Assembly (NCBI GenBank): GCA_029261035.1
Contig: JAJDCD010000008.1
Location: forward strand, 300,480-364,479
Source of the DNA: Candidatus Omnitrophota bacterium
GTDB lineage: Bacteria; Omnitrophota; Omnitrophia; Omnitrophales; JACROU01
Length of the DNA: 64,000 nucleotides
Reading direction: 5' to 3'
Numbering within the stretch: the stretch's first letter is position 1; each line of letters starts with the position of its first letter. The notes below the pieces were generated by a model. The model was not told the origin of the DNA. It saw only the letters and a program-made list of their open reading frames with translations, and made no database searches. The translations under genes and the position numbers were made by a program. Shown here piece by piece: positions 57,425 through 64,000 of this stretch.

Positions 57425-58311
57425 TTATAAGTTCCTCCTCCTGAAGTGGCGGATGATCCGGCCCGGCCCGCAGCTCCGGCAGCACCACCCGCAAAACGAT
57501 TTCCAGAGGTCGCAGGACGAATTATGTAGCGTCCCGTAACAGCAGCGACCGTCCCTAACACAATTGAACCTAAACCACCTATGCTCGGCCCACCGACAAA
57601 TTGGTTAGTCATGATCGGAACTAGAATGAAAAGCACGATAAAAACAATATTTGCAGTTAGAACTACCAAGAAGTTGGTGTCTTCGGCTGCATAAATTGCC
57701 GTAAGATTCATGACCGATATGACTTTCATGAGAATGGAAAGAAGAACCTTCCAAGCAGAGATTGCAACAAGACTACGTATCCACGCATCGAGCCCGCGAG
57801 AGCTGACTTTGTAAACCGCCATTCCTGCTACGATGGGTCCAATTAAATAGAGTGCTGAGAGAAGCGCAAATCTCAGAATAAAGTTTGCACCAAGCACCGC
57901 ACCGGCGATTGCGTATGTGACATAGTTCATGACCGTTAGGGAAATTCGCTGATCAAATTTCCAAAAATATTTCCAGTCAAATGGAGCATCAAAGAAAGCT
58001 TTTGCAGTCTCGCGGAATTCTTCATGCGGAAGAATTGAATCCGCCAACAGATCCATACCGTAAACAATCATGATAAAAAAGCGGTCGTACATAATGAGAA
58101 GGCCTGCAATAAGCAATACCCTCAGAAAAAGTCCTGTGTAATCAGACTTCCCTTTCATTGCTTGTACGTTTTCGTGAAGTATTGCTACGATGAAAAAGAA
58201 TGAGAATAAAACAAATGAAAGTCTCATAAGCAATGCGAAAGGTTGCTCAAAGAGGTTTGGAATTTGAAGAACATTAGTAAATAAGAATCCGTGATTAAAT
58301 CCTGAAAACAT
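57421..58311 (-). CDS. T4SS VirB6/TrbL-like polytopic membrane protein
   Basis: Multiple TM helices, LYLIGPI motif, Gly/Ala-rich tail. Confidence 0.75.
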   Translation of the reverse strand: MFSGFNHGFLFTNVLQIPNLFEQPFALLMRLSFVLFSFFFIVAILHENVQAMKGKSDYTGLFLRVLLIAGLLIMYDRFFIMIVYGMDLLADSILPHEEFRETAKAFFDAPFDWKYFWKFDQRISLTVMNYVTYAIAGAVLGANFILRFALLSALYLIGPIVAGMAVYKVSSRGLDAWIRSLVAISAWKVLLSILMKVISVMNLTAIYAAEDTNFLVVLTANIVFIVLFILVPIMTNQFVGGPSIGGLGSIVLGTVAAVTGRYIIRPATSGNRFAGGAAGAAGRAGSSATSGGGTYK

Positions 58312-59082
58312 TTAGAGAGCACCTCCCCCATAAAGCGTACTAAGACCTTCCGCAAAGTCAGAGGAATCCTCTAAAAACTTAACCTTTTCTCGTTCTATGC
58401 GTTTTTCTTCTCGCGTGACCTGTTCTATTTGAGTCGCTTGAAGTTCCAACATTTTCGCGAGAACTTCTTGATTCTGCTGTTCAAGAACCATAAGACGAGA
58501 GACACCCTGAACTTGTAACCTAGCCGCACCTTTTGGGCTTGCGTTCTTTGATTGACTCTGAATTAAGTCCGCAGCATCCCGTGTTTTTTGTCCTGACTCA
58601 CGGATCTGCCCTGCCAAATGAAAGGCATCTACAACTTGAGATTCTTCAAACATGATGTAGGAACGGGCCTCAGTGTCCGGTATTGCGCCTGTCACTGACT
58701 CAAGCGCATTCCGGATGTCCTGAGGAGTACCCCCGCTACCTAACACTTCAATATTGGGTGTGATAAAACCAGCATCAAAAAAGAAATCTTTAAGGCTTCC
58801 TCCTTGATCCATGAGGCCTCTAATAGAATCACCAATTGTGGAATCAAATATTTCGTCTAGACCCGAATGAAAGCGAAATGTTTCTAGGGTTTGGGCTTTG
58901 AGTTCGCTAAGACGATCTACAGCAAGCCCAATTTCTTTGACCCACTTCGCTTGCATAAGAGTGTTTCTAAGCACATTAATCGCGGTGTTAATGGGGTCAT
59001 TAAACGTATAAGCTTTTGAAGCGGGCGTCATTAAAACCATACATAAAGGAATGAGGATAAGAGCTTTCTTCAATTGCTTCAT
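58312..59082 (-). CDS. T4SS VirB5/TrbJ-like protein
   Basis: Signal peptide then FNDP; helical Gln-rich body; lies between virB4 and virB6. Confidence 0.6.
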   Translation of the reverse strand: MKQLKKALILIPLCMVLMTPASKAYTFNDPINTAINVLRNTLMQAKWVKEIGLAVDRLSELKAQTLETFRFHSGLDEIFDSTIGDSIRGLMDQGGSLKDFFFDAGFITPNIEVLGSGGTPQDIRNALESVTGAIPDTEARSYIMFEESQVVDAFHLAGQIRESGQKTRDAADLIQSQSKNASPKGAARLQVQGVSRLMVLEQQNQEVLAKMLELQATQIEQVTREEKRIEREKVKFLEDSSDFAEGLSTLYGGGAL

Positions 59083-61598
59083 GCAGCTACCTCACTTTTA
59101 TTCACGCCGTTTGGATATTTTTTTGCCAATCTTTCAAGCGCAGCCAAATTAGAGTCGCTGGGATATTCACTTCGGAGCCTTTTCTCCTCAGCTAGGTCCG
59201 TTGGATCTGTTGTAGCAATCCAGTATTCAAGAGGACTAGGCTCAAGCTTTGCAAGTACTGATCTTTGATCAAAAAGAATAAATATTTCCGAATAGCGTCC
59301 GGGCTTAACTTCCAATTCCCGTACTGCACGAACCTGATTTTCATTAAATCCAAAATCACCGAGCTCTTCATGCCCTTTCTTAAGGCGCAGGATATACTTC
59401 ACATGCGCGTTATTAGCCATAACACCAGCAATTTCAGAACTGAGAAAGTCTTCTGGGTTTTGACTGATGGCAAGAACCGCTCCATTCATTTTTCGCATTG
59501 TTCTAAAGAACAGTTCTATAAGATCTACGCCTTGCGTTTTTTTGAGAAGATGCCAGCATTCATCAAGTACAAGAATCTTCTTGCGATTTACATTTTCAAA
59601 CTTACGTCTTAAAGCAAACGGAATAATGAGCAGTAAGATTTCTTGAAGTTCTTCGTATTGACTGATCTTCCTAAGATCAAAGATGGCAAAACGTGAATCA
59701 AAATCAAATCGGGCGGGACGATTTAGAATCTTTGAGTACTCACCTTCACAAAAAAGGGTGAGCTCTTTCGCGAACTTATAAGCAAGCTGTCTGTCTTCGT
59801 CATCACCGGCACCATAACTTTGGAGGTATTTTTGAATGTCACCAAGAATAGGCGCTTCTTTTGGGGAAAGATTTTTATAAACATACCGAATAACACGTTC
59901 AAGAATGACTTTCTCGCTAGCAGCCCAAGCCCGTTCGGGATTGATCATCTTCTGGAGGAGTTCCTTCAGAAACTGAAGAAAAGTCGCATCGGCCTCCCCT
60001 TCAGTTGGGAATAGGACTTCTTTCGAAGGAAAGGGATTTAAAGCAAACTCTTCACTACACTCTACCTCAAGATAAGACCCCCCTAAGATGCCAGCAAGTT
60101 TCTTATAGGAACCTCCGAGATCAAGCACGATCACATCATGCTCAGACGCTTCACTTAAAAAGTGCATGAGAAGATGGTTCGTAAAAAAGGATTTTCCTGA
60201 TCCCGTACTACCGAGCATGAGAGCATGTTTTGAAGCGAGCGAAGAATCAAAGAGATCCAATTTTAACGGTTCATTACGATAAGTTTTTAGAAGCAGCCCT
60301 ATTTCCTGAGTCCCCGGCCAACTAGCTTGTACTGGAAGAAGATTTACCGCAGTTTCAGAACTCACAAGAAATGCGATTGGATTCTCTCCGCCTTGGAGTG
60401 GAAGAAGCGAAAGAAATAGCCGGTCATGATTCATATGATCAAGAATGGCTTGAGCACCATCCCCTAAATGTCGGAACCCACGCAAAACCTCACTCGCTTG
60501 ACGAGCTGCGCTTTCTTTCTTTTTACTACGCGTCATTACAATCATCGAAGCATAGAAAAGCTTATCTGAACTCTCCGCTATTTCCGTCAAAAGAGCATCT
60601 GTATCATCTTCCTTTGCAAGCGCATCATGGTTCTTTGTCCTGGAATAATAACTTTCTGCTCGCGCAAGATTTCCGGTGCGCTTAAGTCCTGATTTTTCTT
60701 TATCCTGATCCGGAACTTCTAGTGTTAAAGAAAGGTAATAATCATCCCCAAGCCCACTCTCAAAACTTTTCATACTTTTCAGACTCGTTGTCTCAGGCAT
60801 CTGAGAAAGATTGATCACGTTATGGAAATACTCACTTAGATAAAATGCGTCATAACCAGCGAAGGGATTACTTAAAAGAAGTTTCGAGCGAACGCTTGAG
60901 GGATCAAGCTGATCATTACGACTCGAAAACGCATATTTCTCAAATTCTGAATTTTTTGAATCCAAACTCGGATTCAAAAGCTCATGGCAATACCGCAGGA
61001 CATCTTCATCATTAAGTTCTTTAATCCCTAACCCTAAGTCTTTTAAGGACTCTTTAATCTCCGTTGAAATTGAATGAAGCCTGTCTCTGAGTCTTTCAAA
61101 TTCTTGCTTCTCTAGGCGGACTGCTTTTTTATTGAAAGCAATCGCCATATCTGGAACAAGAGAGTTTCTTGGTTTTTTACTCGATGGATGAATAACTACA
61201 AATAAATAGACTTCTCTTTTAAGAAAAGGTTGTTTCATATGAGTCTCGATCCTTGCTTCTGAAAATCGCTTACTTAACACGTGATCGCTCTGGATGGACT
61301 CACGGTATTGCTCAAGCAAGACTTCATCGCCCTTTTTCTGACGAACAACAAAATGAAGAGTAGTTTTTTCAGGAAGCGAATTAAGGAATCGCCGCATACG
61401 ATGTTCAAAGTCAGAGATTTCAGATTCTTTCTCAAGCAAAAGATCCCTACCTTCCACAAGGAACCCTTTCCCCAAAGATCCTGATACTCCAACGATGGTT
61501 GAATCATCAACATCGTAGAGATCGATCTCTTTTAAAAAGGAAGGTTTATTTTCCCGTTGAATCAAATCTCTTGTTTTAGTAATGAAATTTTTTTTCAT
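59079..61598 (-). CDS. virB4: T4SS VirB4/TraC ATPase
   Basis: Walker A GSTGSGKS, LDLGGSY, LNPF, Walker B LVLDECW, RKMNG, ISQ. Confidence 0.93.
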   Translation of the reverse strand: MKKNFITKTRDLIQRENKPSFLKEIDLYDVDDSTIVGVSGSLGKGFLVEGRDLLLEKESEISDFEHRMRRFLNSLPEKTTLHFVVRQKKGDEVLLEQYRESIQSDHVLSKRFSEARIETHMKQPFLKREVYLFVVIHPSSKKPRNSLVPDMAIAFNKKAVRLEKQEFERLRDRLHSISTEIKESLKDLGLGIKELNDEDVLRYCHELLNPSLDSKNSEFEKYAFSSRNDQLDPSSVRSKLLLSNPFAGYDAFYLSEYFHNVINLSQMPETTSLKSMKSFESGLGDDYYLSLTLEVPDQDKEKSGLKRTGNLARAESYYSRTKNHDALAKEDDTDALLTEIAESSDKLFYASMIVMTRSKKKESAARQASEVLRGFRHLGDGAQAILDHMNHDRLFLSLLPLQGGENPIAFLVSSETAVNLLPVQASWPGTQEIGLLLKTYRNEPLKLDLFDSSLASKHALMLGSTGSGKSFFTNHLLMHFLSEASEHDVIVLDLGGSYKKLAGILGGSYLEVECSEEFALNPFPSKEVLFPTEGEADATFLQFLKELLQKMINPERAWAASEKVILERVIRYVYKNLSPKEAPILGDIQKYLQSYGAGDDEDRQLAYKFAKELTLFCEGEYSKILNRPARFDFDSRFAIFDLRKISQYEELQEILLLIIPFALRRKFENVNRKKILVLDECWHLLKKTQGVDLIELFFRTMRKMNGAVLAISQNPEDFLSSEIAGVMANNAHVKYILRLKKGHEELGDFGFNENQVRAVRELEVKPGRYSEIFILFDQRSVLAKLEPSPLEYWIATTDPTDLAEEKRLRSEYPSDSNLAALERLAKKYPNGVNKSEVAA

Positions 61599-61873
61599 TC
61601 AAACACTTCCTCTTTTCTTTCTCGTTTAATCAGATATCGCTTTGGCCTCAAAAGGAACTTCACCAAAGAACTAGTCCAATGAGGCGGCTTTCCTCTTTTA
61701 TAGGCTCGTAAAAATAAATAGACTCCTATCATGACAACTAGGTTCACCAAAAGATCTTTTGAAAATGTGAACACCAACCAAAACACAAAAAACAAAAAGA
61801 AGAGGTCAAAGAACTCCAAGCCAAAAAATTTATTTTTATGTTGAATCTTGTTATGTCCTTTAACTGTCTTCAT
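61595..61873 (-). CDS. T4SS VirB3-like membrane protein
   Basis: 92 aa, FFGLE then two TM helices; ATGA overlap with virB4. Confidence 0.75.
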   Translation of the reverse strand: MKTVKGHNKIQHKNKFFGLEFFDLFFLFFVFWLVFTFSKDLLVNLVVMIGVYLFLRAYKRGKPPHWTSSLVKFLLRPKRYLIKRERKEEVFE

Positions 61874-61884
61874 ATTCTGTCCTT

Positions 61885-62202
61885 TTAAAAATTTGTAAGT
61901 CTCTCCAAAATATCAAGAAGCGCTCTACTCAAAAGCATGATCGCTCCCCCGAGTGCCACTAGCCCAAATTTTTGAGCTGTCCTACTGTCTCCAAAAATAA
62001 CCGCCGCGCCGGCCAAACAGATCCCAATAATAAAAAGCGGGCCTGCCACGGTATTAATCAGGAAGTCTCCGATCCCCGAAAGAAAATCTATGAGATCTGC
62101 TTCTGAGGTTGCCTCAGCAAATGCAAACCTTGCATTAAACAAAAGCATTCCGGTAAACATGAGTGCCTTATGAATCATTTTTTGTTTTTCTCGGTCTCTC
62201 AC
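61885..62202 (-). CDS. T4SS VirB2/TrbC-like pilin
   Basis: Signal peptide (AFA-E) and two hydrophobic helices; first gene before virB3-virB4; RBS GGAGG. Confidence 0.8.
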   Translation of the reverse strand: MRDREKQKMIHKALMFTGMLLFNARFAFAEATSEADLIDFLSGIGDFLINTVAGPLFIIGICLAGAAVIFGDSRTAQKFGLVALGGAIMLLSRALLDILERLTNF

Positions 62203-62232
62203 TTTTCTTTTACCTCCATTTATTCAAAAAAG

Positions 62233-62317
62233 ATGAGGGGAAGCATGATCGAATTCCCTTAGTGCGGCTATTAAGCCTTGTATACCTTACTTGAGTGGAA
62301 TGTCATGCTCCCCTCAT
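62233..62317 (-). promoter_or_regulatory. Long stem-loop with a U tract in the leader of the virB operon
   Basis: ATGAGGGGAAGCATGA ... TCATGCTCCCCTCAT inverted repeat; followed by CTTTTTTG on the minus strand. Confidence 0.5.
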
Positions 62318-62368
62318 ATAGGGGCACGAAACACGATTTTTTGAATGAACTTTTAAGGGTGTTACTCT

Positions 62369-63001
62369 CTATACAAATTTCTTAACCCCTTCCCTAATAA
62401 TTTGATGAACTCGAACTATCGAAACTCCAAGCTGCTCGGAAATTTGTTTGAGCGTTCGACCTTGCTTCCTCAGCTTAAGCACTTCTCTTTGTCTTTCTGT
62501 TAAAGGCCGTGATCCCTTTTTCTTTTTCCGGTATGAACGCTGTGAAGATTTCCGGTGGGTTTTGATCAGTTTCGCTTGTATTCGATCTCGCAAATGACAA
62601 AAATGAGATTGAGATATACCTAACCTCTTTTGAACAGTCTCATCCGAATACTTCATCTCATAGAAAAATGTGTAGCATGCTTGCTCCTGAGGACTCAGAT
62701 TTGCTCTGAGAGCCAGAAGCCCCAGCTTTGTTCTTTGTGCATGTTCTTTCTCTTCAAGAACCTCCTCTTCTTCAATTCTCACAAGCTCATCGTAGGGACT
62801 CGGGGAACTTGCCAGCTTTCGTTTCACCTCAAGCTCAAAGATTGAAAGAGGGACTCCTGAATTTGAATTGTTCTCGATACGTTGAAAGTCAACACTCTTC
62901 ACCGTACGTCCTGATTCAAACCATATAAGAGATTCTCTCTCATCCCTCTGGCTCTCCTTGATAAGTCTCTCAAGCGTTGCTCTTCTTTTTTGTTCTTTCA
63001 T
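62369..63001 (-). CDS. Regulator with two sigma70-region-4/LuxR-like HTH domains
   Basis: LSPQEQAC ... LGISQSH and LTERQREVLKLR ... TLKQISEQLGVSIVRVHQI. Start probably MKEQK after AGGAG. Confidence 0.75.
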   Translation of the reverse strand: MKEQKRRATLERLIKESQRDERESLIWFESGRTVKSVDFQRIENNSNSGVPLSIFELEVKRKLASSPSPYDELVRIEEEEVLEEKEHAQRTKLGLLALRANLSPQEQACYTFFYEMKYSDETVQKRLGISQSHFCHLRDRIQAKLIKTHRKSSQRSYRKKKKGSRPLTERQREVLKLRKQGRTLKQISEQLGVSIVRVHQIIREGVKKFV

Positions 63002-63045
63002 TTTGGTTCTCCTATTCCGCCGAACAGGGAGAACCCAACGCACAC

Positions 63046-63080
63046 AAAAAAAGCGGCAATCCGAAAGGACTGCCGCTTTT
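63046..63080 (-). terminator. Intrinsic terminator upstream of the HTH regulator
   Basis: AAAAAAAGCGGCAATCC-GAAA-GGACTGCCGCTTTT. Confidence 0.8.
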
Positions 63081-63681
63081 AGGCTTAAAACAAAAAAATT
63101 AGCTTTTTAAAAAAAACAACTCATCTGGGCACAAAAAGGGCCTTGGTTACTTAGAAATACTTATCAACATATAAAGACTCCAAGATTAAAAACAGGAACT
63201 TGATTCTAGGGAAATGGAAAGGAAAGAATACTCCCGTGTGAGATCAGAACAAACACACTACGCCTGCAAGCGGAGATCCTCCGCATTGCCGCGTCCTTGC
63301 GTTGCTTAAAGGTACGCCCCACACGGCTTTGGGTCAAATCGAAATCCGAAGCACCTCATGAACTGCATGCTCTTGATTCCAATTCGCTCCGGATGAGTAC
63401 AAAACTTTGTTTTGCTCATCCAAACCCGTCAAAGGTTTTGGATTTTTTAACGGGCTATAACAATGACGGCCCACCTGCTTCCAGGCGAGTTTGCCGCCGC
63501 AAAGATAAAGAACTTGAGTGCTCTTTATCCAAATTTCGAGTTGTCAAAATAACCGCAAATATATTTTTTTGCAAGTATTAATATTCGAATATCCTGATGC
63601 AGACCAATAACTTATAGCATTTTCTAGCCACTCCTAATTTAGATGATCTGATTTTGGGCAAAAAAAAAGACCTTTTTTAGA

Positions 63682-63717
63682 GAGGAAGGGAGTCTTAATT
63701 ACAGACTCCCTTCCCTA
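63682..63717 (-). terminator. Hairpin terminator after the last ORF
   Basis: GGAAGGGAGTCT-TAATTAC-AGACTCCCTTCC perfect stem. Confidence 0.7.
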
Positions 63718-63720
63718 CTT

Positions 63721-63999
63721 CTAACGTCTCCTGAGAAACCTCTGCACGTCGCGAACAATTCCATTTAGAACAGACCAAGTTGATTTTACTTGTGTCTGCA
63801 TAGTTGGCTTTGGACGTTCATACGGGTAGGTCACTGGACTTCTTTCAAAAGACTCTGGCAACTTCTTCTCTTGTAGTTGTGCAGGCTCTTCTACGCTAGT
63901 TTCAATCTGATCATTTTTGAAAATACCAGCTATTAACCGGCATCCACCACCAACGCCAAAGACGAGAAGACCAATAAAACCAAGTCGAAGCAGCCATCG
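63721..63999 (-). CDS. Membrane-anchored hypothetical protein (3' part; start is beyond the window)
   Basis: Hand translation RWLLRLGFIGLLVFGVGGGC ... VQRFLRRR*, followed by a terminator. Confidence 0.5.
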   Translation of the reverse strand, partial: RWLLRLGFIGLLVFGVGGGCRLIAGIFKNDQIETSVEEPAQLQEKKLPESFERSPVTYPYERPKPTMQTQVKSTWSVLNGIVRDVQRFLRRR

Positions 64000-64000
64000 A

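Larger units (their letters stand above)
44714..63300 (-). mobile_element. Integrative (ICE-like) element at tRNA-His; far boundary not located
   Basis: Recombinase abuts and overlaps the tRNA 3' end; visibly higher GC than the backbone; T4SS genes; all genes co-oriented. The end coordinate is approximate. Confidence 0.8.

Noticed and set aside
7857-62928. Numerous 60-130-aa ORFs antisense to or nested in long genes (e.g. 7857, 10185, 19464, 32759, 33289, 46891, 51041, 53357, 55360, 60371)
   Set aside because: They are shadow frames of well-supported genes and lack motifs or RBS.
44714-63300. Prophage interpretation of the integrated element
   Set aside because: No capsid, terminase, portal or tail genes; the content is T4SS and glucan-related.
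63297-63581. 94-aa plus-strand ORF
   Set aside because: TTG start without a clear RBS, no recognisable motif, and opposite to all neighbouring genes; more likely regulatory DNA.
44736-64000. Second att copy (duplicate of the tRNA-His 3' end) closing the element
   Set aside because: I could not find GTCGCTCACCCCA or a similar sequence by eye; the far boundary is left undefined.

Overview
AT-rich bacterial chromosome segment. The gene content (giant IQDAH-domain proteins, GH144-like glucanases with CBM-like domains, lipid A acyltransferase) suggests a diderm of the Omnitrophota/PVC type; this is an inference. Positions 1-44.7 kb are mostly backbone: two ~1,580-aa modular giant proteins, a CHASE2-GGDEF/FecR/beta-barrel operon, tRNA-Val with an upstream array of tRNA-head repeats, smpB-tmRNA next to a small LacI/GH144 islet, efp, pgeF, trhO, queH and a cold-shock gene. 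From tRNA-His (44.7 kb) to at least 63 kb lies a visibly more GC-rich integrative element. It carries a large serine recombinase and a VirB2-3-4-5-6-8-9-10-like T4SS. Co-oriented and tightly packed with these is a TolC + OpgH-like glucosyltransferase + membrane-fusion protein + nucleotidyltransferase + CBM-like module. Two candidate new systems stand out. (1) The giant proteins look like polyproteins: conserved N- and C-terminal domains flank swappable cargo modules delimited by [AG]xSLG motifs, and in both proteins the first cargo starts with an internal lipoprotein signal peptide. (2) The element appears to couple a T4SS to a beta-1,2-glucan synthesis/export apparatus. All product calls come from reading motifs by eye; no database searches were run.
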